A DNA stretch of 64,000 nucleotides from Acidimicrobiaceae bacterium. Lineage in GTDB: Bacteria > Actinomycetota > Acidimicrobiia > Acidimicrobiales > RAAP-2. Position 1 is the stretch's first letter. Each line of letters begins with the position of its first letter. The stretch lies in NCBI GenBank assembly GCA_003160635.1, contig PMLV01000229.1, positions 3,214-67,213 on the forward strand, in the 5' to 3' direction. A program made the translations under genes and the position numbers. Positions 1-8,489 of the stretch are shown here, piece by piece. The notes beneath the pieces were generated by a model. The model searched no databases. It worked only from the letters and a program-made list of their open reading frames with translations, and was not told where the DNA came from.

Positions 1-262
1 GCACGAGGAATGATCGCGGCCCTGCCCACCCGCTCACGACGCGGTCGGCGAACCCCAGAAAGTGCATGGTGTTCACATAGATCGTCGGCTGTCCCTGCGC
101 CCGCGCGTACTCGGGATCGTGGTGGCCGGGAAAGTAGTCCCAGGTCGTTGCCGGATTCATGATCACCCGCCGATAGGTGATCTCGTCCTCGACCCGTGCC
201 AACGCCTCACCGGGCTCGATGTCCTCGAAGAACCGCTGCGCGTAGTCGACGCCCTCGATCAT
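1..262 (-). CDS. MaoC-like (R)-specific enoyl-CoA hydratase/dehydratase hotdog subunit (C-terminus cut by window edge)
   Basis: Own minus-strand translation from ATG at 262: MIEGVDYAQRFFEDIEPGEALARVEDEITYRRVIMNPATTWDYFPGHHDPEYARAQGQPTIYVNTMHFLGF... It carries an HxDPxxA-type MaoC motif. The start overlaps the stop of the upstream ORF as ATGA (259-262). It is absent from the ORF track because it runs off the window. Confidence 0.6.
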   Translation of the reverse strand, partial: MIEGVDYAQRFFEDIEPGEALARVEDEITYRRVIMNPATTWDYFPGHHDPEYARAQGQPTIYVNTMHFLGFADRVVSGWAGPRSFLV

Positions 263-792
263 GCGGCCACGGGGTCGAAACGGAACAGCACGTTCGTCAT
301 GCGGGCCACCAGTGCCCCGTCTTGACGCCGGAACGTGCTGGCGGTGGTGACGAAGTGTCCCTCCCCGAGCGCGGTCCGCTTCTTCGCCGAGACATCAACC
401 AGTTCCTCGGTGACGTTGAGGACGTCGCCGACCCGTATCGGCCGGAAGAACTCGGTCTCGTTCGAGGCGTTCACGAAGGTGGTGCCCGGCAGCGGGACCC
501 GGGCCGTCAGCAACGGCATCGGGAGGGCCCCGCCCGGCTTCCACTCGATGGGGATGACCCACGTCATCAGCATGGCGGGCGGCGCGATGCACCCACCCCA
601 CGCCTGTGTTGCGAATTCCTCGTCCCAGAACCCGGCATTGGCGTCGTGGACCATGGCCGCGAAGTAGCGCGCCATGCCGACGTTGACCGGCACCTCGGCG
701 AAGCGCACCGGCGTCGTGTAGCCGATCATGGCCAGGGCGTCCTCGTAGGTCCCTACGGCGACGTCGTACCCGGTCGAACCGAGCTCGTTCAC
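259..792 (-). CDS. MaoC/FAS1-like dehydratase N-terminal-type hotdog protein (probable partner subunit of a heteromeric enoyl-CoA hydratase)
   Basis: 177-aa track ORF of hotdog-domain size and pattern (..VRFAEVPVNVGMARYFAAMVHDANAGFWDEEFA..). It is translationally coupled (ATGA) to the downstream MaoC-like gene. Confidence 0.65.
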   Translation of the reverse strand: MNELGSTGYDVAVGTYEDALAMIGYTTPVRFAEVPVNVGMARYFAAMVHDANAGFWDEEFATQAWGGCIAPPAMLMTWVIPIEWKPGGALPMPLLTARVPLPGTTFVNASNETEFFRPIRVGDVLNVTEELVDVSAKKRTALGEGHFVTTASTFRRQDGALVARMTNVLFRFDPVAA

Positions 793-829
793 GGCGTGGC
801 GCGCCTCGGCGGTGGTCGACGCACTCCCA

Positions 830-1225
830 TCAGCGATCGGCGGCGCTGGCTCCGGCCACAGGCGGTTTGCTGTAGGGCGTCTTCATGAAGATGCTCACAC
901 CGCAGATCTTTCCGGCCGCATCGATCTCGAACAGGTCGGCCTGCGGGTATTCGGTCCGGACACCCTCGACGTCGAAGATCTCGCTCAGCTCGACCAGGAA
1001 GCGCTTCGGCCCGCACTGCGACACGCGATCGACCCGCACTTCGTAGTTGATCAACGTGGGCATCAGATGGCGGAGGAACTCGACGTAGTCGTCCTTCGTC
1101 TCGATGACATCCATGAAGGGCCCCACCCGGCGCAAATTCTCGTCCGCCAGGATGGCGGCGAAGCCCTCCCAGTCCCGCGCCGCGAACGTGCGCAAGTACT
1201 CGTCCACGACCGCTTGGTCAGACAT
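830..1225 (-). CDS. NTF2/SnoaL-like small alpha+beta protein
   Basis: Track ORF is 830..1267. I prefer ATG 1225 (MSDQAVVDEYLRTFAARDW...) because a GGGGAGGGGA Shine-Dalgarno lies directly upstream on the minus strand. About 131 aa. Clear paralog of 20275..20670. Confidence 0.6.
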   Translation of the reverse strand: MSDQAVVDEYLRTFAARDWEGFAAILADENLRRVGPFMDVIETKDDYVEFLRHLMPTLINYEVRVDRVSQCGPKRFLVELSEIFDVEGVRTEYPQADLFEIDAAGKICGVSIFMKTPYSKPPVAGASAADR

Positions 1226-1310
1226 GAACATCCCCTCCCCTGATCGGACACTCGATGTGCTCGCCAACGTAACGCACGCAGCGGCCGCCGGCCGAACCCG
1301 GCGCGGCGCG

Positions 1311-2165
1311 TCAGGTTTTCGAGCGCTCCCCGGCCTGCGGCTTTTGACCCTCGGGAAAGTCCCGGATCATGTTGTCCTGCACGAAGGACGCCACGACGTC
1401 TCCGCCCGAGCTGAAGATGTGGGCCCGACCGTAGGAGCGACCCCGCCCGGCGTACGGGCTCTCGTGTGCGAGGAGGTACCACTGCGACGCGTCGATCGGC
1501 TCGTGGAAGGTCAACGTGTGACTGAGCACGCTGGTCGAGATCGAGACATGGGACATGGCCTGGCCGACCCCCTCATGAGGGCGCATGGCGGTGGCGATGA
1601 GGAAGCCGTCCGTGGCGTAGGCCAACAAGGCCTGCCCGATGACCCCCTGGGCCACGGCTTCGGGAAACCGAACCCAGACGAAGAGCTCGGGCGGGCCGAC
1701 CGCGGCGGGATCGGAGAGGTCGACCCCGTCGACGATCCGCACCTCCCAGAAGCTGCCCTCGCTGGGCCCCGTCGGCGCGTCCTCGGGCGTGCCGACCGAG
1801 GGTGCGTCGACGCCGTGGCGGATGAGGTCCGGCTCGACGGCACTCAAGAGGACCAGCGATCGCGTGCAGAGGCGCTCGCCCTGGCGGACCGTCACCGTCG
1901 CGCTCGCCAGCGCCCGACCGGTGTGCATCGCCTCGACCTCGATGTCGAGCGGCTTGTCCGGGGCGCCCCCCCGGGCGAACACGGTGTGGATGGACTTCAC
2001 CTCCTTGGTCGGGTCGATGCTCGCTCCCGCCACGATCGACTGGGCCAGGAGCTGCCCGCCGAAGACGACACCGCCGGGCCCGTCGGCGAAGTTCTGGGCG
2101 CGGAAGCGACCCTCCCCGACCGGTTCGAGGTCGAGGACCCCCAGTAGTTCCGATAGTTCTGCCAC
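1311..2165 (-). CDS. tesB: acyl-CoA thioesterase II (double hotdog)
   Basis: Only the C-terminal 284 aa of the 674-aa track ORF look real. GTG at 2165 is preceded by GGAGG. The N-terminus VAELSELLGVLDLEPVGEGRFRAQN and the ~285 aa length match TesB-type thioesterases. Confidence 0.75.
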   Translation of the reverse strand: MAELSELLGVLDLEPVGEGRFRAQNFADGPGGVVFGGQLLAQSIVAGASIDPTKEVKSIHTVFARGGAPDKPLDIEVEAMHTGRALASATVTVRQGERLCTRSLVLLSAVEPDLIRHGVDAPSVGTPEDAPTGPSEGSFWEVRIVDGVDLSDPAAVGPPELFVWVRFPEAVAQGVIGQALLAYATDGFLIATAMRPHEGVGQAMSHVSISTSVLSHTLTFHEPIDASQWYLLAHESPYAGRGRSYGRAHIFSSGGDVVASFVQDNMIRDFPEGQKPQAGERSKT

Positions 2166-2327
2166 GTGGCCTCCGTTGTCCCGGGGCGCCGCAACCTGGC
2201 CGAAGGGCGATGCCCTGGCCACGTGCCCTTCCCCACCTGTCGGGAAGTACCCGGCGGGGATCATGCCACAGGCCGCGTGAACCCGTCCGCGCCCGGGTGC
2301 CCGTCCGAATGGGACCGATTCGGTTGA

Positions 2328-3320
2328 TTGAGTAGTGTCGGCGGCCAGCCAAAGGGGGATGCCACAGTGCCACTCGATTCCGACGCCGCCGCCGTTCTCT
2401 CCGCCATGGAAGCGCAGGGCCTGCCGCCCATGGAGACCCTGACGCCCCAGGAAGTGCGGGACCGCACCGCCGCCGCAGCCGCACTCTCGGCCGGCCCCGA
2501 TGCGCCGGTCGCCTCCGTGGTCGAACGGGAGCTGGGCGGCGTGCCCTGCCTCGTGGTGACACCCGAGGGAACGGGGCCGTTCCACGTCCTCGTCTGGTTG
2601 CACGGCGGAGGCTGGGTGATCGGGAGCGCAGACCAATCCCTGCACAGCGCGAAGGACCTGGCGGCAGGCGCCGGTGTCGTGGTCGTCGTCCCCGAGTACC
2701 GGTTGGCGCCCGAGCATCCCTTCCCGGCTGCGTTCGACGATGCGGTGGCGGTGACCCGGGCCGCGATCGACCATGCGCCAGCGCTCGGGGGCCCGGGGGC
2801 CAAGGTCGCCGTGGGTGGCGACTCGGCCGGCGGCAACCTGGCCGCCGCGGTGGCACTCGTCGTGCCGGGGCTGTCGTACCAGATTCTCGCCTATCCGGTC
2901 ACCGACGCCACCATGAGCCACCCTTCCTACACGCGGGTGGAGACCGGCTACATCCTTACGGCAGCCGCCATGGAGTGGTTCGTCGATCTCTACCTGCGCG
3001 ACGGCGATCCCACCGATCCCCGGATCTCGCCCCATTTCGCGTCGGACGACGACCTCGCTGCGGCCTGCCCGGCCCATGTCGTCATCGCCGGCTACGACCC
3101 CTTGGCCGACGAGGGTGCGGCCTACGCCCAACGTCTCCGTGACGCCGGCGTGCCGGTCACGGTGGCGCGCTACGACGGCCAGATGCACGGCTTCGTCACC
3201 ATGGGGACGATGATCCCCACCGGGGCGGCGGCGATGGACGAGGCGATCGAGCACCTGCGCACTGCGCTCGGCGCCGCCGCCGACGACCGGCCTGTCTCGT
3301 CGGGGACGGAGCGGGCATGA
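2328..3320 (+). CDS. alpha/beta hydrolase fold-3 (HSL-family) esterase/lipase
   Basis: HGGGW oxyanion motif, GDSAGG nucleophile elbow, DPLADEG acid and a late HGF. An alternative GTG start at 2367 follows AAGGGGGA. The stop overlaps the next gene's start (ATGA at 3317-3320). Confidence 0.85.
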   Translation: MSSVGGQPKGDATVPLDSDAAAVLSAMEAQGLPPMETLTPQEVRDRTAAAAALSAGPDAPVASVVERELGGVPCLVVTPEGTGPFHVLVWLHGGGWVIGSADQSLHSAKDLAAGAGVVVVVPEYRLAPEHPFPAAFDDAVAVTRAAIDHAPALGGPGAKVAVGGDSAGGNLAAAVALVVPGLSYQILAYPVTDATMSHPSYTRVETGYILTAAAMEWFVDLYLRDGDPTDPRISPHFASDDDLAAACPAHVVIAGYDPLADEGAAYAQRLRDAGVPVTVARYDGQMHGFVTMGTMIPTGAAAMDEAIEHLRTALGAAADDRPVSSGTERA

Positions 3321-4837
3321 GGTCCGACACGGCACGACGGCACTTCGGGCCGGCCGGAACGCCGCACGTCGCCATCGTCGGGGGCGGGTTCGCCGGCATC
3401 GCCACGGCCGTCAAGCTGAAGAAGGCCGGCATCAACACCTTCACCGTGTTCGAGAAGTCCGAAGGCCCCGGCGGGACCTGGTGGGACAACCGCTATCCCG
3501 GAGCCGAGGTCGACGTGGCCTCGCACCTCTACTCCTACTCGTTCAAGAGCCACGACTGGACGCGCACCCACGCCAAGCAAGCGGAGCTGCAGGCCTACCT
3601 CGAAGAGGTGCTCGACGACTTCGACCTGCGCCCGCACTTCCGCTTCGGTACCACGGTCCGCGACGCGGTCTGGGACGAGCGCACACACACCTACAGCGTG
3701 AATCTCGAGAACGGCGAGAGCGTGCCGGCGCACATGGTGGTCAGCGCGCTGGGGCTGCTCAACTACCCCAAGTATCCCGACTGGCCCGGGTTGGAAGACT
3801 TCGCCGGCCCCAAGTTCCACACCTTCCGCTGGGAGCACGGGCACGACCTCACGGGCAAGCGAGTGGCGCTGGTGGGGACCGGTTCGACCGCCAGCCAGGT
3901 CGTGCCCGAGATCGCCCCGCTCGTCGGCCACCTCTACCTCTTCCAACGCGAGCCCGGGTGGGTGGTCCCCAAGGGAGACCGCGACTTCAGCCCCGCCGAG
4001 CGCGCCACCTACCAGAGCACGTGGCAGCGACGCATCACGCGGTGGAAGGCGGCCTACCAGCTCGAGAAGAACCAGATCGGCGGCGCCATCCACCGGCCCG
4101 GCACCAAGATCAACGGGTTGCGCGAGCAGCAGTGCCGGTCCTTCATCGAGCGGGTGTTCGCGGACCGGCCCGACCTGGCCGAAGCGGTCACACCGAAGTA
4201 CCCCTACCCGGGCAAGCGCCCCATCCTGAACTCGACCTTCTACCCGGCGCTCCTGCGGGACAACGTCGAGCTCATCCCCCGCGCCGTCAAGTCGGTGACC
4301 GAGAAGGGCGTCGTCGACGTCGACGGCAACGAGTACATCGTCGACGTCCTGGTGATGGCCACCGGCTTCCAGCCGGCCAGTTACCTCTCCAGCCTCGAGG
4401 TCGTCGGCCTCGGTGGGCGCACGATCCATGAGGCCTGGGCCGGGGAGCCCCGGGCCTTGCTGGGCATGACCGTGCCGGGGTTCCCCAACTTCTTCATCCT
4501 CTACGGCCCCAATACCAACGGTGGGGAGATCGTGTCGATGTTGGAGCGCCAGGCGGAGCACGTGGTCCACTGCGCCAAGCGCCTCGTGCGCACGGGGTCG
4601 ACCGCGGTAGAGGTCCGTCCCCGCTTCTACGACGCGTTCAACCGCTGGATCGACCGCCAGATGAAGGGCACGGCGTGGGTGGTCTCGAACAACTACTACA
4701 AGGCGCCGACCGGCCGCATCGTGACCCAGTGGCCGTTCGGGCCGCTGCTCTACGGGATCCTGACCAAGACCCTGGCCCCGCTCTCCGAGCAGACCAGGGT
4801 GGCGGCGGAATCGCGCCAACCCGTCACCGTGACCTGA
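3317..4837 (+). CDS. Baeyer-Villiger (type I flavin) monooxygenase
   Basis: Two Rossmann motifs (IVGGGFAG, LVGTGSTA) and the BVMO fingerprint FxGxxxHxxxW (FAGPKFHTFRW). Confidence 0.85.
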   Translation: MRSDTARRHFGPAGTPHVAIVGGGFAGIATAVKLKKAGINTFTVFEKSEGPGGTWWDNRYPGAEVDVASHLYSYSFKSHDWTRTHAKQAELQAYLEEVLDDFDLRPHFRFGTTVRDAVWDERTHTYSVNLENGESVPAHMVVSALGLLNYPKYPDWPGLEDFAGPKFHTFRWEHGHDLTGKRVALVGTGSTASQVVPEIAPLVGHLYLFQREPGWVVPKGDRDFSPAERATYQSTWQRRITRWKAAYQLEKNQIGGAIHRPGTKINGLREQQCRSFIERVFADRPDLAEAVTPKYPYPGKRPILNSTFYPALLRDNVELIPRAVKSVTEKGVVDVDGNEYIVDVLVMATGFQPASYLSSLEVVGLGGRTIHEAWAGEPRALLGMTVPGFPNFFILYGPNTNGGEIVSMLERQAEHVVHCAKRLVRTGSTAVEVRPRFYDAFNRWIDRQMKGTAWVVSNNYYKAPTGRIVTQWPFGPLLYGILTKTLAPLSEQTRVAAESRQPVTVT

Positions 4838-4840
4838 GCC

Positions 4841-6007
4841 GTGGCCACGCCGGAGCGCTTCACGATTGCCGTGGAGGACCACGTCCTCGAGGACCTGGAC
4901 GAGCGGCTGGCCCGCATCCGCTGGCCGCTCGACCCGGGCAACGACGACTGGCGCTACGGGACCAACCGGGCCTGGCTGGAGGACCTGGTCGACTACTGGC
5001 GCAACGGGTACGACTGGCGGGTGCACGAAGCGGCGATGAACCGCTTCGCCCACTACCGGGTGGAACTCGATGACGTCCCCATCCACTACATCCACCGCCG
5101 CGGCGTCGGCCCCGACCCGATGCCGTTGGTGCTCACCCACGGGTGGCCCTGGACGTTCTGGGACTTCGCCGGGACGATCGACGCCCTGGCGGACCCGGCC
5201 AGCCACGGCGGGGACCCGGCGGACGCCTTCGACGTCGTCGTTCCCTCACTCCCGGGCTACGGCTACTCGGTCCCCCTCCTGCGCACCGGCGTGACCGTCC
5301 GCACCACCGCCGCTCTGTGGGTGCGCCTCATGCGCGAGGTACTGGGCTACGACACGTTCGGCGCGCACGGGGGCGACTGGGGGGCCAGCGTGACGGCACA
5401 GCTCGGTCACGAGTTCCCCCAGCACATGGTCGGCGTGCACCTGAGCCTCCCGGTCCTGATGCGGGTGTCCTATTACTCGGGACTCAGCGCGGCCGACTAC
5501 GGACCCGGCGAGGAGGGTTGGTTCGAAAAGATGCAGGAGCGGATGGCCTTCGCCGCCAGTCATGTGGCGGTGCAATCCCAGGACCCCCAGACATTGGCCT
5601 ATGCCCTGAACGACTCGCCGGTGGGGCTGGCCTCGTGGATCCTCGAGCGACGACGGCTGTGGAGCGATCACGACGGCGACGTCTACGACGCCCTCTCGAA
5701 GGACTTCCTCCTCACCAACGTCATGATCTACTGGGTCACCGAGTCCATCGGCTCGACGATGCGCTACTACTGGGAGAACTTCAAGGAGCCGAACCGGTTG
5801 GCCCATGAGCGCACCCCGTCGATCGAGGCGCCGACGGGAATCGCCGTCTTCCCACGGGACCTCGTCTTCGTTCCCCGCCGCCTGGCCGAGGAGCACACCA
5901 ATCTGGTGCACTGGACCGAGATGCCCCGGGGCGGCCACTTCGCCGCGGCCGAGGAACCCGATCTGATCGTCGAGGACCTGCGGGACTTCTTCCGGCCGTT
6001 GCGCTGA
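4841..6007 (+). CDS. epoxide hydrolase (microsomal-type EHN N-terminal domain + alpha/beta hydrolase)
   Basis: GTG start 3 nt after the BVMO stop. The N-terminal pattern RIRWP..DDWRYG..YWRNGYDWR is typical of the EHN domain. HGWPWTFWDF supplies the HGXP oxyanion motif. Confidence 0.8.
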   Translation: MATPERFTIAVEDHVLEDLDERLARIRWPLDPGNDDWRYGTNRAWLEDLVDYWRNGYDWRVHEAAMNRFAHYRVELDDVPIHYIHRRGVGPDPMPLVLTHGWPWTFWDFAGTIDALADPASHGGDPADAFDVVVPSLPGYGYSVPLLRTGVTVRTTAALWVRLMREVLGYDTFGAHGGDWGASVTAQLGHEFPQHMVGVHLSLPVLMRVSYYSGLSAADYGPGEEGWFEKMQERMAFAASHVAVQSQDPQTLAYALNDSPVGLASWILERRRLWSDHDGDVYDALSKDFLLTNVMIYWVTESIGSTMRYYWENFKEPNRLAHERTPSIEAPTGIAVFPRDLVFVPRRLAEEHTNLVHWTEMPRGGHFAAAEEPDLIVEDLRDFFRPLR

Positions 6008-6021
6008 GACAGATTTGCCGT

Positions 6022-7437
6022 CTAGGACGACATGTCCCGGTCCGACATGGCGCGGCGCAGCTCCACCGAGGCGCCCCCCACCCAAGAGGCCGAGGCGCCC
6101 AGCGAACCGGCGGCATCGGCCAGTGCGGCGTCAGAGACGCGGTAGACCCGGCGGGCGTTGTGGCTGAGGATCTTCTCCTTCGTCTCCATCGTGAGGGCCG
6201 GGTAGCCGAATTGCTCCTGGAACGACTCGGGGATCTGGAAGGCACGGAAGGCGTCGATGAGGGGCTGGGGGGACCCGTACCAGATGGAGTCGGTGCCCCA
6301 TACGATGCGATCGGGGCCGAGGGCCAGGAGCAACTTGCCCAGGACGTGGGCCGCCTCCGCCGGTCGGCGGAGGATGAGGTACCACGTGCTGCCGAGCTCG
6401 GCGTAGACGTTGCCCGACGGCCCGATGCCGGCTGCTTCGACCGTCGCCACCAGGCGGTCGACACCGTCGTTGGGCGCGGCCGGATCGTACGGGCCCTCCT
6501 CGCCTTCGGGGTTCTGCTCGTACCCGGAGTGGTAGACGACGAAGTCGATGTCGGGAAAGGCGGCGGCGGCGGGGCCGATGTCCCGGGGTGAGGCCGCGGC
6601 CACCGAGGCACTGGGGATGGGCCCGCCCAACCCCTTGTGACAGGCGACGACCCTCGGGCCGAGGGCGCGCACCTGCTCGAGGAATGGCATCCCGATCTCC
6701 TCGTCGTCGAGGAACCATCCGCCCGTCGGTGAGGCCGCGGTGGGGGGGCCGTAGAGGGTGTAGACCTTCCAGCCCGACGGGGACAGCTGCGCCTGCCAGT
6801 CGGCCATCTGCTCGACCTCGGCCCGGCCCAGGTTGGGGTGCACGATGGTGTGGGTGAGCACCCGTCCGGACGCGCCGTACTTCTCCACGATGTCGCGTGC
6901 CGCCGCGATCTGTGGATTGGTCAGCACGTTGTCCTCCGCCGGGCCGGGCGTCGACGTGAGCAGCGCCACCGCGGTCTCGCTCGTGCCGAAGACGAGGGTG
7001 GCCCACTCCGCCGCGTCGATCAGGTGGGGATCGACCCCCCCACCCCAGCGGCGCTGGTCCACCGTGGTGAGGAACCAGGCCAGCCCCTCCGCACTCGGCC
7101 GGTCCCATCGGGCCGGGTCGATGAAGTGCGTCTGCACGTCGATGACGGGGGCCGTGCCGGAAAACGCGGCGGCGGCCGCCGCTTCATCGGTCTCGGTCGC
7201 CTCGTCGAGGGAGAAGTACCCGCCCCCGTGCGCGGCATCGAGTGCCCGCAGCGCGGTGGCGGTGCCGCGGCGGTCGAACGCATGGTCGCCGGCCGACAGG
7301 CCCAGCTTGGGGGCGATGGTCGCCACCCGCTCGTCGAAGCGTGCCGCGGCTTCCTGCACCGCCGCCGACGGCGGCGGTGGCGCATACTCGTCGGTCGACT
7401 TGGGGGCCAACAGGGGGCTGATCACAGGGGTGCTCAT
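6022..7437 (-). CDS. amidohydrolase-family metal-dependent hydrolase (PF04909-like)
   Basis: Real gene is the C-terminal 471 aa of the 646-aa track ORF. ATG at 7437 (MSTPVISPLL..) overlaps the upstream stop as ATGA. Contains VIDVQTHF and C-terminal GTDS..W / ..KILSHNARRVY amidohydrolase-type motifs. Confidence 0.75.
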   Translation of the reverse strand: MSTPVISPLLAPKSTDEYAPPPPSAAVQEAAARFDERVATIAPKLGLSAGDHAFDRRGTATALRALDAAHGGGYFSLDEATETDEAAAAAAFSGTAPVIDVQTHFIDPARWDRPSAEGLAWFLTTVDQRRWGGGVDPHLIDAAEWATLVFGTSETAVALLTSTPGPAEDNVLTNPQIAAARDIVEKYGASGRVLTHTIVHPNLGRAEVEQMADWQAQLSPSGWKVYTLYGPPTAASPTGGWFLDDEEIGMPFLEQVRALGPRVVACHKGLGGPIPSASVAAASPRDIGPAAAAFPDIDFVVYHSGYEQNPEGEEGPYDPAAPNDGVDRLVATVEAAGIGPSGNVYAELGSTWYLILRRPAEAAHVLGKLLLALGPDRIVWGTDSIWYGSPQPLIDAFRAFQIPESFQEQFGYPALTMETKEKILSHNARRVYRVSDAALADAAGSLGASASWVGGASVELRRAMSDRDMSS

Positions 7438-8489
7438 ACGGTCTCCAGTTCTCGGGCGAGGGCGGTGATGTCGGCCAGCGAACGCAGGCTGTCGTTGAGG
7501 TGGGTGCACGTGCTGCGCCCGACGAACTCGTTGCGAATCGTCGGTCGCAGTGACGAAATCTCCATGCCGGCGAGGCGCTCCGCGCTCGCCACCGCCCCGG
7601 GACACTCGACCCAGGGCAGCACCTGGGCCCGGGCGGCCACGGACACGATCTGGCCCGATCCGGCGTCGGCGGCGCCGGTCACGGTGTACTCGTGGAGGAC
7701 GGTCTCGACCCCGTCCTCGCCAGTGTGGCTGTCGCGGAAGTGCAGATCGATCCGATGCTCGTCGCCGGGCGCCACCGGCGCGATCAGGTCGAGCCGGCGC
7801 CGGCGGCGGATCGAGAGCGGAGGCAGGTCGGCCATGGCGTGCCACGAGAAAGGGTCGCCCTCGCGCTCGAGTACCGGTGCGACGGGGCCGACGGGCACCG
7901 GGATCGACCCTGTCTCGCGTATGCGCACCATCATGGTGGCGTCCTGCGCCCAACCGGCGCACAGATCTCCCCGGCGTCCGAAATCCGGCGGTGGACGTTT
8001 GGGCGGCGGCTGTTTGGGGTCGGCGTCGATGGGCGGATCGTCAAGCAGGCCGGCGCGGTGCAGGACGTACCCCGAGACCAGGGTGGCGCCCACCAGGTCG
8101 TCCAGGAGCAGGTAGAGGAGCGAGCCCTCCCGGCATTCGCCATCCTCACATTCGCCGGTCACCACCTCGTTGACGCGGGACCGGAAACCCGAACCGACGG
8201 TGGCGCCCACCAATTGGCCCAACGCGGGCACCTCCGGTGACGTCGTGATCGACAGGAGCTCCTGCGTCGGGCTGACCGTGGCCCGCAGCCAGGCCTCCCC
8301 TACGACCTCGGTCGTCCCGTCGGGGTTGGTGCGCAGGTCACGCGCCCGCCCGTCGACGTGGGCGTCGGCGCGCAGGCCGTCGGGGCGGCTCGTGTCGATG
8401 TTGGTGGTGCGCCGGACGGAGCCTTCGGGGCGAGTCACGGTGACGAGGATCGGGTCGTGTGGCCCGGACGCCTCGGGGAGGAACTCCAT
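7434..8489 (-). CDS. hypothetical protein, internally duplicated DUF2889-like
   Basis: 351-aa ORF. The two halves align to each other (RRTTNIDTS..DGRARDL.. vs RRRRRLDLI..HFRDSH..). The C-terminal half ends with GRSTCTHLNDSLRSL, which I recall as the DUF2889 CTHL signature; the first half has SLLYLLLDDL at the same place. Overlaps both neighbours (TGATG at 8487-8491, ATGA at 7434-7437). Confidence 0.6.
   Translation of the reverse strand: MEFLPEASGPHDPILVTVTRPEGSVRRTTNIDTSRPDGLRADAHVDGRARDLRTNPDGTTEVVGEAWLRATVSPTQELLSITTSPEVPALGQLVGATVGSGFRSRVNEVVTGECEDGECREGSLLYLLLDDLVGATLVSGYVLHRAGLLDDPPIDADPKQPPPKRPPPDFGRRGDLCAGWAQDATMMVRIRETGSIPVPVGPVAPVLEREGDPFSWHAMADLPPLSIRRRRRLDLIAPVAPGDEHRIDLHFRDSHTGEDGVETVLHEYTVTGAADAGSGQIVSVAARAQVLPWVECPGAVASAERLAGMEISSLRPTIRNEFVGRSTCTHLNDSLRSLADITALARELETV

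Noticed and set aside
1311-3335. 674-aa track ORF read as one gene.
   Set aside because: Only the last 284 aa (from GTG 2165 with a GGAGG RBS) form a TesB-like protein. The upstream 390 aa are antisense to the esterase gene and are low complexity.
6007-6023. Short GC-rich hairpins at convergent gene ends (6007..6023, 15725..15756, 27138..27150) as intrinsic terminators.
   Set aside because: The stems are only 4-5 bp, with no U-tracts and loops that are too large or irregular. There is not enough support to annotate terminators.
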